The translations under genes were made by a program, and so were the position numbers. Positions 1 through 8,788 of a stretch of 64,000 nucleotides of DNA are shown here, piece after piece. Positions within the stretch are counted from its first letter, which is position 1. Every line of letters begins with the position of its first letter. A model generated the notes under the pieces. It did no database searches. It worked only from the letters and a program-made list of their open reading frames with translations, and was not told the DNA's origin. This DNA is from Oligoflexales bacterium (lineage in GTDB: Bacteria > Bdellovibrionota_B > Oligoflexia > Oligoflexales > CAIYRB01). The stretch lies in the NCBI GenBank assembly GCA_041736175.1, contig JBGSUI010000246.1, positions 44,990 through 108,989 on the forward strand. Direction: 5' to 3'.

Positions 1-1
1 T

Positions 2-445
2 TTAGCTCTAAGCCAGGGCAGGTGCTCGGCGCAACAGTTTATCGAAACAACGCCTCTCTCCGAGATCGACAAAAAGACAGGAAATGTTCGCCCGGTGCGA
101 GCCGGAGGTAAACAAGCCGTGACAGAGTTTACGGTCCTCGACCAAAGGGAAGATATCCCCCTCTGCCTGATCGAATGCCGGCCTAAGACTGGGAGGAGCC
201 ATCAGATACGCGTTCACTTGGATATCAACGGACTTCCCATCTTGGGGGATAAGCGCTATGGAGCTACCAAACGGAGATTGCTCCCTCCTGGCTATGCCCA
301 AGTGGAACAGCTGGCAGCAAAATACCACTGTCTCCATGCAGCTCAGCTTACCTTTAGGCCCCGTTCTAAGGCCGACTCCTTAACCCTTAGAGCTCCCTTG
401 CCCCCGCATTTTAGGGGGATCTTGGACGCCGTGAAGTTCAAATAG
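2..445 (+). CDS. RluA-family pseudouridine synthase, 5'-truncated by the window edge
   Basis: Frame is open from base 2. Contains the RluA C-terminal motifs PKTGRSHQIRVHL, PILGDKRYG and CLHAAQLTF. Confidence 0.9.
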   Translation, partial: LALSQGRCSAQQFIETTPLSEIDKKTGNVRPVRAGGKQAVTEFTVLDQREDIPLCLIECRPKTGRSHQIRVHLDINGLPILGDKRYGATKRRLLPPGYAQVEQLAAKYHCLHAAQLTFRPRSKADSLTLRAPLPPHFRGILDAVKFK

Positions 446-634
446 TAATTTGAAGTTTTCATACGCCAGATAATTAATCTGGCATTTTTTTAGGTCAATT
501 CAAATCGTTACAGATAGGGTGCGAAAATAGAAAAAGCAGCAAAAATCATCACAAAACTTCACAAAACTAAGATTTCAATAGTATTTGGATGGCCAGAGAA
601 AGTTCAACCGGCGCTGTTTGTGATCATGAGAGTC

Positions 635-663
635 TTGACAATTCCGCTAAAAGCGTTCACTAT
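635..663 (+). promoter_or_regulatory. Putative sigma-70 promoter of the RCC1-repeat gene
   Basis: TTGACA (635-640), 17-nt spacer, CACTAT (658-663), about 150 nt upstream of the ATG at 811. Confidence 0.45.
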
Positions 664-810
664 GAATGTATCATTAGATATGTAAACTAAAAAATCCTGC
701 CCCAGCGCCTCGGCACACCTGTTGAGACCGATTTATCATGTGGCCCCGCGGGTCCAGGCCCTGGGGTTTTCTAATTTCTGACACGTACCTCTTATTTAGA
801 AGGGAACACG

Positions 811-2238
811 ATGAGCGAAAATATCGAGGACAAAAAACTCCCTTCCCCTCAAGAAAGCAATCCAGAGTGTCCCTCTAAGACGCCTATTTCTTCGACCCAT
901 ACCGAACCTACGGATAGGGATCGCTCTGCTCATCCCGCCATGGATTCGCCAAAAAATGCCTTCCCCTCTCCCCTCCCTACCTTCCCCTTACAGTCGTCCC
1001 CCTCTCTCACTTTCCCTGCCCCAAAAGACCTCAATCGGCCCATGGAGCTGCAACCCCTCTCTCGCCGCCACCTGATCGGCATGGTCCCTAAAGCGACTTT
1101 AGCAACCTGGATAGGTACGGGGGAGGATCGAGGGTTTGCTTTCAATAACATGATGATGTTTAGAAAAAAAAAGATCCCACCAAACAGCTACAGCCTCTGG
1201 GTCTTTGGGGATAACTATTATGGCCAGCTTGGGCTTGGGAACACGACTAACCGCTCTAGCCCCGTTCAGGTGGGGACTTTAAGCTCCTGGAGTGAGGCGG
1301 CGGCGGGATATAGGCACACCATTACGCGACGAACAGACGGCACCCTATGGGCCTTTGGGAATAACGGTCGTGGCCAGCTGGGGCTTGGGGACGTGACTCG
1401 CCGATCTAGCCCTGTCCAGGTGGGGTCTTTAAGCTCCTGGAGTGAGGTGGCGGCGGGATATGGCCGCTCCATAGCCCGCCGAACAGACGGCACCCTCTGG
1501 GGCTTTGGGAATAACTATTATGGCCAGCTTGGGCTTGGGAACGAGACTGTCCAATCTAGCCCAGTCCAGGTAGGCTCTTTAAGCTCCTGGAGTGAGGTGG
1601 CGCTGGGGGGTCACCATACCATAGCCCGTCGATCAGACGGCACCCTCTGGACCTTTGGGGATAACTCTTATGGCCAGCTTGGGCGTGGGAACACGACTGA
1701 CCGATCTAGCCCCGTCCAGGTGGGAAATTTAAGCTCCTGGAGTGAGGTGGCGGCGGGATATGACCACTCCATAGCTCGGCGAACAGACGGCACCCTATGG
1801 TCTTTTGGGTCTAACAATAATGGTCAGCTTGGGCTTGGGAACGAGACTGACCGCAGTAGCCCAGTCCAGGTGGGTTCATTAAGCTCATGGACTGAGGTGG
1901 CGGGGGGATCTACCCACACCATAGCCCGTCGAACAGACGGGACCCTTTGGGCCTGGGGGTATAACTATTATGGCCAGCTTGGGCTTGGGGACGTGACTTA
2001 CCGTAGTAGCCCTGTCCAGGTGGGAAATTTAAGCTCCTGGAGTGAGGTGGCGGTGGGATTTTACCACACCATGGCCCGACGCACAGACGGGACTTTGTGG
2101 GCCTTTGGACGTAACTCTTATGGCCGGCTGGGGCTTGGGGACACAGCTCACCGCAGCAATCCCGTTCAGGTGGGGAGCCTTAGCAGCTGGTTCAAAATCT
2201 CCGGTGGCGGCTACCATGTCATTGCACTCAAATCTTGA
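811..2238 (+). CDS. RCC1/BLIP-II-type repeat protein (predicted 7-bladed beta-propeller) with a Pro/Ser-rich N-terminus and an internal twin-arginine-like motif
   Basis: Seven 50-aa repeats of the form LWxFGxNxxGQLGLGxxxxRSSPVQVGxLSSWSEVAxGxxHxIARRTDGT. LSRRHLI motif near aa 83-89. AGGGAA RBS-like sequence upstream. Confidence 0.9.
   Translation: MSENIEDKKLPSPQESNPECPSKTPISSTHTEPTDRDRSAHPAMDSPKNAFPSPLPTFPLQSSPSLTFPAPKDLNRPMELQPLSRRHLIGMVPKATLATWIGTGEDRGFAFNNMMMFRKKKIPPNSYSLWVFGDNYYGQLGLGNTTNRSSPVQVGTLSSWSEAAAGYRHTITRRTDGTLWAFGNNGRGQLGLGDVTRRSSPVQVGSLSSWSEVAAGYGRSIARRTDGTLWGFGNNYYGQLGLGNETVQSSPVQVGSLSSWSEVALGGHHTIARRSDGTLWTFGDNSYGQLGRGNTTDRSSPVQVGNLSSWSEVAAGYDHSIARRTDGTLWSFGSNNNGQLGLGNETDRSSPVQVGSLSSWTEVAGGSTHTIARRTDGTLWAWGYNYYGQLGLGDVTYRSSPVQVGNLSSWSEVAVGFYHTMARRTDGTLWAFGRNSYGRLGLGDTAHRSNPVQVGSLSSWFKISGGGYHVIALKS
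1195..2235 (+). repeat. Tandem array of seven 150-bp intragenic repeats
   Basis: Units start at 1195, 1345, 1495, 1645, 1795, 1945 and 2095 and share near-identical DNA blocks such as tggccagcttgggcttggg and ttaagctcctggagtgagg. Confidence 0.95.
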
Positions 2239-2687
2239 GCTTCTTCTGGACTTTGGCGTGCCTCCTCCGGCTCTTGCGTGACCAAGGGTTGTGATTTTGC
2301 AGCTGAGCTTGACCGGAAATGCTGACTCTGAGCTGACCGGCTATTTTTTAACAAAGTCGCCTGACATCGTTTAAGGAGGAAAGTACTTGATAGCCCCCTC
2401 TCCTCCCCATACAGGCCCTTGGTGCTCTTGAGCGGTGGATAATACGCCGGAGCTCTGGTGTCTAAAGAATGATAAAATAATAGAGAGTTGACATTTAGAT
2501 ATTTCCTTATGATTTCATTAAAGGATTTAATATAAGGTTTAGAACCTTCGGCTGAACACAGCGCAGGCCTAGGCTGTTTCCACGGCAACCGGCTCTTCCC
2601 ATCAACAAGTATTGGCATCATTTTTGCTCGGGTTGTCCTTGAGAAGGCATCATTTGTTCTTAACATCTAAAATCAGAAAACCTAATC

Positions 2688-4271
2688 ATGTCAAAAATTT
2701 TTTCTTTACCAAAACTAGTCTTTATATTAGCTGGATTAACTGCCTGTTTTCCAAATCTAAAACCTGTTAAATCTGCATCGTCAAATTTACAGACAGAGGA
2801 AGTCTGTACAAACGAGCCATCAAGTTTTTTGTTACTTCCTGAGAACTGCCAACTTAAAATTCTCGAAAACCTGACACCGTTAGATCTCGTGAAGTTTGCA
2901 AAAGTCTTATCCACAAAGACCTCAGAGATTGGTTTTCAGGCGCTTTTAGCCCGCGCTAAGCTTAAGGTTCCAGAAAGTATACAAGTATCCCTCGATAGAT
3001 ACGCTGCTCATATTCGAAAATGTATCGGTAGGTCGTTTATTTCGCAGCAAAGAAATGATCCTATATTTGTCGAAAAACTGTTTATTTCCTATCTAACCTA
3101 TCTCAAATTGACCCATTCATCTAATAGATCGTCCAGATCGTCTTCACGGTTTACAGGTGTCAATGTTAGATCTGAAGTTGATCCCATCGTTCTTGGAAAG
3201 AATCATATCGTCTATGCTCGCAAAAATGATCGCCAGGGAAAGATATATCTCGAAGTCCGGGATTCGGTTTCCTTGAAAGTCATAGCTTCCCAAGAATACC
3301 GCAAACCCATCGAATCTCTTGGAGCTTTAGGTCCCCACTCATTTTTGGTCAAGGAGATTGAAGGACAAAGTCATTTGTGGACGTTTACGGCCAACTCATT
3401 CAAAAATGAAAATCGACAGATTCAACGACAGGTTCAGGTCATCACAATCAAGAATATGGATGCCTATTTTACACTAGAGAATGGTCAATTGACCTCATTT
3501 TCACTTCATGATCGTGAGTTTCGGGAGACTAGACTTGGAACCTTCCCACCAGAGGATTCCAAACTCAATCGGTCCTCCCTCGAAATCATTGGCACTAGCC
3601 CTGATCAACTTGTTACTTTAGAAAAGATGAGCGGACGCACATCCCTTAAGACTTGGCATTTAGACTCAAAAAGTCTTGCAGCAAAACAAGATACTTTTAA
3701 ATTAAAATCGGTTCATGAATTTGAAGGCGAGTATGATTCTGCCAAGTTGGAAAACAAGATGCTTTCTTTTGCACTTGTCCGAGACCAGCAACATGCATTC
3801 CTTCTTTATGATACCGTGGCCGATCAAGAAGTTCTAAAAGTCCATGATCCCCAGCCATATATCAAAGACCGATTTAAGTTAACCTATCTTGATGGATATT
3901 CCTTTTTCATTAGCAAACCTTCTTTGCCAAGAGGTCTTAATTACGAGCTTTCGATCTATTCGGGAAGTGATTGGAAAAACATACACCAAAAAGAGCGCAA
4001 GATTTATTCTACGCAGCAGGGTGTAGCCGTCTGGGATGATTACATCACATTTATATATTCTGATCAGATTCGTTTTACATCGATTGAAAATCCAAATAAT
4101 TCTCTGTTGGCTCATACAAATTTTTTGGATGACGGAGTTTACCCACTTACCCCTGCAATTTTAGGTATTGCTCGGGTTGAAGGTGCCTATATATCTAGGC
4201 ATCAGAATGGATTTACCATTCACAGCTTATGGAAAACTATCTTAGAACAACATTCTTTAGTAGTTATTTGA
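2688..4271 (+). CDS. Hypothetical lipoprotein with an N-terminal F-box-like motif
   Basis: Lipobox-like LTAC at aa 17-20. FLLLPENCQLKILENLTPLDLVKFAKV resembles the F-box consensus. Beta-rich C-terminus, AT-rich DNA. Confidence 0.7.
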   Translation: MSKIFSLPKLVFILAGLTACFPNLKPVKSASSNLQTEEVCTNEPSSFLLLPENCQLKILENLTPLDLVKFAKVLSTKTSEIGFQALLARAKLKVPESIQVSLDRYAAHIRKCIGRSFISQQRNDPIFVEKLFISYLTYLKLTHSSNRSSRSSSRFTGVNVRSEVDPIVLGKNHIVYARKNDRQGKIYLEVRDSVSLKVIASQEYRKPIESLGALGPHSFLVKEIEGQSHLWTFTANSFKNENRQIQRQVQVITIKNMDAYFTLENGQLTSFSLHDREFRETRLGTFPPEDSKLNRSSLEIIGTSPDQLVTLEKMSGRTSLKTWHLDSKSLAAKQDTFKLKSVHEFEGEYDSAKLENKMLSFALVRDQQHAFLLYDTVADQEVLKVHDPQPYIKDRFKLTYLDGYSFFISKPSLPRGLNYELSIYSGSDWKNIHQKERKIYSTQQGVAVWDDYITFIYSDQIRFTSIENPNNSLLAHTNFLDDGVYPLTPAILGIARVEGAYISRHQNGFTIHSLWKTILEQHSLVVI

Positions 4272-4480
4272 TTATTTATACATTTAGAACAATTTCTATG
4301 AGAACATCGCAAAATTTCAAATAGGATTCATCCCGTTCTTTGGAGATAGGCACCATATAGTTTGCCCGGATTTCTTACGTAGACTGAAACCGATTCAGGA
4401 TTAAACTTTTTAAGTCGCTTCACTTTCTGTTAAACCCTTTAGATCGTCCATTCCATATGTAAAGTTAAAGGTTTTCAATT

Positions 4481-5674
4481 CTAGTCCACTGGTGTGATGG
4501 GTTTCTGATGGTAAAGCCATCGCGAGATGGCCGGGGGTGTTTTGATTACTAATTGGGATTTGTTGGCAAAAAACCTATGAATTTGATCGCTGCTACTATT
4601 GATGCCTGGCAACTTTTGATCACAGAGTAAGCTTGAACCAATAAAAAATTGAGGTGCACGGCTGTGATCGAATATCATTTGCTGGATTCCTAGAGTAGGA
4701 CCGTTGGTGTAATGTTTAATGGCAATTTCGTCCTCATTTCTTTCGATTTTAAGTTCGCCAGCTATTTTTCGGAGCTCTTGTCGGAATTCCTGGTCAGAGA
4801 GCCGCAGGGGGCCAAGCTGTACGGTATCAATATTAGAGGTGCTGATGTTGAGAATGCTGATTTGTTTGTCGGTTATCTTTGTAATATTTTCGAGTAGCTT
4901 TTTGCCGGCGGCATCGTTGACCCAGGCAGGACCGACAAAGGTATCCATGAGGGTTAGCATTTGTGGTATCGCGGCAGAAGGGATGTCCAGGCCATCCTCA
5001 AGTGTTTTACCGGCAATTTTGATCGAAAGGTGAGCACCTTTGCTAAATCCAGCCAAATGGGGCCTTGTTCCTTTATAGTCCCGAAATATTGTTTTATAGT
5101 AGTTAAATATATCGGTTAAAAATTTTGCATCGCTCTCTTCGAGAGTGGGTAGACTAGGTTCAACCACCTCGTCGAAAAATTGGAGGTCAGATTGGGGTAT
5201 ATATTCTACCCCCACCCTGCGATTGACTAACAAATGATTTTCTAGTTGAACAGGATCACGAAATCTTGAATCCCACAGCAAGGCATAAATGTCAGGTTTT
5301 ATATTTTGTATTGGAATCGGGACGGTGGGGCGGTTAGGTTTAGAATTGTCAATAAACCCAAATTTTCTACTAATATCCGCTGGGTTTGGTGGTTGGAAGG
5401 GTTTGCTGCGACTGCCGAATTCCCAACCGTGAATCATCAGTGCAATACCCTGGTTCGAGTTGGCAACGCGCTCAACTTCTTGCCAAGTACCATTGCGCGA
5501 CAAATGGTAAAGAAAAAATTTGTGAATATTAGAGCCAATGCCATGAGAACCTAATCCAGAGGTTGCTAAGACATGATCCTCTTTTTCAAACCTAGATCCT
5601 GCTAGGATTGTAGTTTTATCACATCTGGTGCTAATAACTGCGACTAGTAGTACAAAAATTTGTTTGTAATTCAT
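4481..5674 (-). CDS. Alpha/beta-hydrolase (lipase-like), probably exported
   Basis: IALMIHGW oxyanion-type motif and HLAGFSKGAH (GxSxG nucleophile elbow). GGGGAGG RBS before the ATG at 5674. Signal peptide ending in Cys. Confidence 0.75.
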   Translation of the reverse strand: MNYKQIFVLLVAVISTRCDKTTILAGSRFEKEDHVLATSGLGSHGIGSNIHKFFLYHLSRNGTWQEVERVANSNQGIALMIHGWEFGSRSKPFQPPNPADISRKFGFIDNSKPNRPTVPIPIQNIKPDIYALLWDSRFRDPVQLENHLLVNRRVGVEYIPQSDLQFFDEVVEPSLPTLEESDAKFLTDIFNYYKTIFRDYKGTRPHLAGFSKGAHLSIKIAGKTLEDGLDIPSAAIPQMLTLMDTFVGPAWVNDAAGKKLLENITKITDKQISILNISTSNIDTVQLGPLRLSDQEFRQELRKIAGELKIERNEDEIAIKHYTNGPTLGIQQMIFDHSRAPQFFIGSSLLCDQKLPGINSSSDQIHRFFANKSQLVIKTPPAISRWLYHQKPITPVD

Positions 5675-5863
5675 AAACCTCCCCAATCAGTCACAGAATT
5701 TGGTTATTCATTTTTGGTGCCAAAGTTTTATTCTAATGATATTTATGGGATGTAAGGTTAAGGTGAGGGGTGTTTGCTGAAGATTAGACATGGGTGAACA
5801 GTTAATCGTCGCCAAAAATCAGAGTTCCATACCAATCGAGTTTGAGACCTTTAGGTCTTTCTC

Positions 5864-7375
5864 TTGCAGGAGAGCATGATGATAAGTAAGTTTAAATGGC
5901 TGTTTTGTATTGCTTTAATCAATAGTTCATGTCTGACAACCCAAAGATCCTCCAATCCTCAAATCATTGGAGGAGAGGAAACCACAGCCTATGAGGCGGT
6001 GGGGGTTTTAGCGCAAAATGCCAAAGACCTTTGCACAGCCAGTCTGATTGGTCCCCAACTTATCGTGACTGCTGCCCATTGTGTTTATCCATTAAAGACT
6101 GGAATGAAATTCTCATTTCATATAGGACCACGTTTTAGTGAGTCAAAGGGGTTTTCGATCGTGGAGTGCACTCCACATAGCCAATATGATGACGTGAGTA
6201 ACGATTTCGATATTGCATTATGTCGCACGGCCCAAGTTGTGCCTGCCAAGCCCCTGCGAGTGGCTACAAAGCTTGATGAAAAATCCATTGGAAGGATGGT
6301 GACGATTGTTGGTTATGGCCGTCGTGAAAAGCCGGAGACGGGATCTGGGGGAGGTGGCGGGATTAAACGAAAAGGCACCCTTAAGATGGTTGCCCTATCG
6401 GCGTCTAAGTTTAAAGCCGAAAGTCCTGGTGTGAGCTCATGCAACGGAGATTCAGGTGGTCCAGCCTTTTTGCCTGGCGAAGACGGCGAGCCGGAGATCG
6501 CTGGGATTGTTTCCTGCGGTGATTTTAATTGTGAAAGCTATGGTGTTTATACAAGAGCGGATGTTTTTGGTCAGTTTTTAGGCTTAACACCTAAACCTGA
6601 TTTTGCGGGACCGCTCTTAAAGTGTCCACCCCAATCCTTCGGGGGGATCTGCCAAGGATCGGTGCTTACCTCCTGCAAATCCGACTGTTTTGAGGCAAAG
6701 ATTTCGACCAAGGACTGTGCCCTAGTCCCCCAGGGGAGCTGTTATCAATATAAAGAACGAAAGACCGCTACTTGTATCGATGGGACCTGGAGGAGTGTCA
6801 CATTCAATATATCTGAAGTCGCTTTTCGCAATGGCCAGCTTGAGGTGGTAGGTCCTTATGAGGGTGACCTCTTCTTTGACGAGTCTAGTGTGCATGCTTC
6901 GACTGGGGCCCATGGGCGTCTCAATGGAGAGAGAGTGGTCACGGAGTTGTTACCTCTAGGTCCGCATAAACTTCAGGTAAGACGATTTCATTCAGCCAGT
7001 AGCATTGGGGTCAGTAAGCCGATTTTATTTGATGTTAAAGCAAACACCCAGTCTGTTGACTTGATTCTAGGAAAAATTCCCATCTTTCTGACGGTCAAGG
7101 GAAAGCTACAGACTTCTGAATCCTTCTATATCACTGGTCAGACCCAGGTCCTTGGTGACTGGAAGACCGCCTTTAAACTTACCAAAGCAGGGGATGGATT
7201 CCTTTTTCAAGATTTACTGCCAGTCGGGTTAGAGTATAAAATCCTTAAAGCGAAAAGCAGCATGGATCGCATCGAGATCGACTCAAAGGCTCTGTGGCAA
7301 AAAGGTCCCAATCGCATGTTTGATGCGCCTATGTTGGTCCATGGTGTGGTCGAGACCGTGACTCCCGAATTCTAA
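5864..7375 (+). CDS. Secreted S1 (trypsin/chymotrypsin-fold) serine protease with a Cys-rich linker and a C-terminal CBM20-like domain
   Basis: IIGG mature N-terminus and catalytic triad motifs TAAHC, DIAL, GDSGG. C-terminal FYITGQTQVLGDW...LEYKI...WQKGPNR matches the CBM20 pattern. The real start is probably the ATG a few codons downstream. Confidence 0.85.
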   Translation: MQESMMISKFKWLFCIALINSSCLTTQRSSNPQIIGGEETTAYEAVGVLAQNAKDLCTASLIGPQLIVTAAHCVYPLKTGMKFSFHIGPRFSESKGFSIVECTPHSQYDDVSNDFDIALCRTAQVVPAKPLRVATKLDEKSIGRMVTIVGYGRREKPETGSGGGGGIKRKGTLKMVALSASKFKAESPGVSSCNGDSGGPAFLPGEDGEPEIAGIVSCGDFNCESYGVYTRADVFGQFLGLTPKPDFAGPLLKCPPQSFGGICQGSVLTSCKSDCFEAKISTKDCALVPQGSCYQYKERKTATCIDGTWRSVTFNISEVAFRNGQLEVVGPYEGDLFFDESSVHASTGAHGRLNGERVVTELLPLGPHKLQVRRFHSASSIGVSKPILFDVKANTQSVDLILGKIPIFLTVKGKLQTSESFYITGQTQVLGDWKTAFKLTKAGDGFLFQDLLPVGLEYKILKAKSSMDRIEIDSKALWQKGPNRMFDAPMLVHGVVETVTPEF

Positions 7376-7992
7376 CGAGTCGGCGAGGGTGCCGGGGTCA
7401 CAATCCATGGTATGGCCTGTTGGCGGGTGTCGTAGTCAGAAAGCAGCACGTATTTTTGACATACATCTGGATTTGATTCCAAGGCTAAACACCGATCATG
7501 GTCCCGCAGGATGATTTCGAGCCATCCTTCTTGGGGATTTTGCGGCACCCAGTCTACAGTCACGACTGAGGCGAGCGGGTCTTTCGAAAGATTCGGTTTG
7601 ACCAGGGCTTTTTCCGGGAGGCGGTTGAGGAGCACCACCACTTTTCGGCGGGATTTGGAGCTTTTTTCCTTTTCGCTTAAAGGATCATAGCCTTGGATTT
7701 TCCACGAGAGGGGCTGGCCGACGACCCCTCGAAAAACCCCGTTGGACGCTCCTTCAATGCGAGAGCTCATACTGATGGGAGAGCATTCCTCCCTAATGCA
7801 CTTAGTAGACTTTGTGGTTGCAGGAAGTGAATCGGTGCCAGAGTAGTAGTCACTATTGTCAACGATTGTTTCGGTGTCGCGGCTGCAGGAGGTCACTAAT
7901 GGGAAAAAGCCACCAAAAATCCAGATAAACTTGGTGTAAAACCAAGCTTTATACAAAGTAAAGTATAAATTTCTTATGGATGACTTCTCCAT
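7372..7992 (-). CDS. Hypothetical lipoprotein
   Basis: ORF with a hydrophobic N-terminus ending LVTSC. GAGGAA RBS before the ATG at 7992. Confidence 0.65.
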   Translation of the reverse strand: MEKSSIRNLYFTLYKAWFYTKFIWIFGGFFPLVTSCSRDTETIVDNSDYYSGTDSLPATTKSTKCIREECSPISMSSRIEGASNGVFRGVVGQPLSWKIQGYDPLSEKEKSSKSRRKVVVLLNRLPEKALVKPNLSKDPLASVVTVDWVPQNPQEGWLEIILRDHDRCLALESNPDVCQKYVLLSDYDTRQQAIPWIVTPAPSPTR

Positions 7993-8178
7993 AGATTCCT
8001 CGCGATCCCGTTCCTTTTTCTTAACTCCTAAACACTTATTATAAGAGTAAGGCTGCAAGATTTAGGCCAAAATCGTCTATGAGAGATTCTGGGTCATTAT
8101 GTCGATTATTTTGTGATGGGGGTGTCTATCCTTTTTTCACCCTATAAAAAATAGAGTCATTGAGCGTTATCCACGCCG

Positions 8179-8309
8179 GCCTAGCGATTAAGGCTTGGCG
8201 CGCCGCATTCGAGCCATTCCGATAGGATAGATTTCTGGGATTTGGGGATTTCTTGGGTTGGTGGCATAGGATTTTTTGCGGCAGAAATCGTCCGAAGGAT
8301 GATAAGAGC
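8179..8309 (-). repeat. 131-bp direct repeat, copy 1: orphan duplicate of the 3' end of the cytochrome c gene
   Basis: Matches 9580-9710 at offset 1401 with 5 mismatches (8231, 8287, 8295, 8301, 8304). Confidence 0.95.
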
Positions 8310-8433
8310 ATTTAATAGCTCCTATTTTAAGAAAAAGCCTTCACCCGAAGGTCCCTTTTGTCAGACACGCCCCTAGATATTGCATCAAATTAGATCAACT
8401 ATACTTTTATAAGCATAAATTTTAAACTCAAGT

Positions 8434-8475
8434 TTGACCTTAATAATGCCAATGGAATACAATGTATTCCATTGG
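8434..8475 (+). promoter_or_regulatory. Promoter plus palindromic operator of the toxin-antitoxin-like operon
   Basis: TTGACC (8434-8439), 18-nt spacer, TACAAT (8458-8463). Overlapped by the perfect inverted repeat CCAATGGAATACA-A-TGTATTCCATTGG (8449-8475). Confidence 0.75.
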
Positions 8476-8494
8476 AGGATAAGGAGATGTGCTG

Positions 8495-8788
8495 ATGGTT
8501 AAAAGAGGTCGGGGTGGAGGAATCAAGCATGTCCTCTTTAAGCTAAAAGATGGAAGCCTTATTTTTTCAATCAATCAACCTGATCATAATCCTCCGCATA
8601 TACATGTCGAACGTGCTAACGGGTCTCGTGCTGTTTTTCTCATTAAAAGCCAAGAGGTTATCATTCAAAATGGATTTAAAGACAGCGAACTTAATGAAGT
8701 TAAAAAATATCTTAAACTTCGCAAAGATCATATTTTAAAGCGTTGGGAAGAAATACACGTTGAGATAAAAAACGGAGAATCATCATGA
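8495..8788 (+). CDS. DUF4160-family protein, putative type II toxin
   Basis: Signature DHNPPHIHV and C-terminal ILKRWEEIH. AAGGAG RBS. Stop overlaps the next start (ATGA). Confidence 0.8.
   Translation: MVKRGRGGGIKHVLFKLKDGSLIFSINQPDHNPPHIHVERANGSRAVFLIKSQEVIIQNGFKDSELNEVKKYLKLRKDHILKRWEEIHVEIKNGESS

Noticed and set aside
1195..2235. RCC1 repeats as a CRISPR array or DGR target
   Set aside because: The units are in-frame 150-bp coding repeats without spacers. No cas gene, template repeat or reverse transcriptase is nearby.
2211..2666. 151-aa minus-strand ORF between the RCC1 and F-box-like genes
   Set aside because: It has no recognisable motif or clear RBS and overlaps the RCC1 stop, so it is probably spurious.
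8126..8311. 61-aa minus-strand ORF
   Set aside because: It is an out-of-frame reading of the duplicated cytochrome c 3' end.
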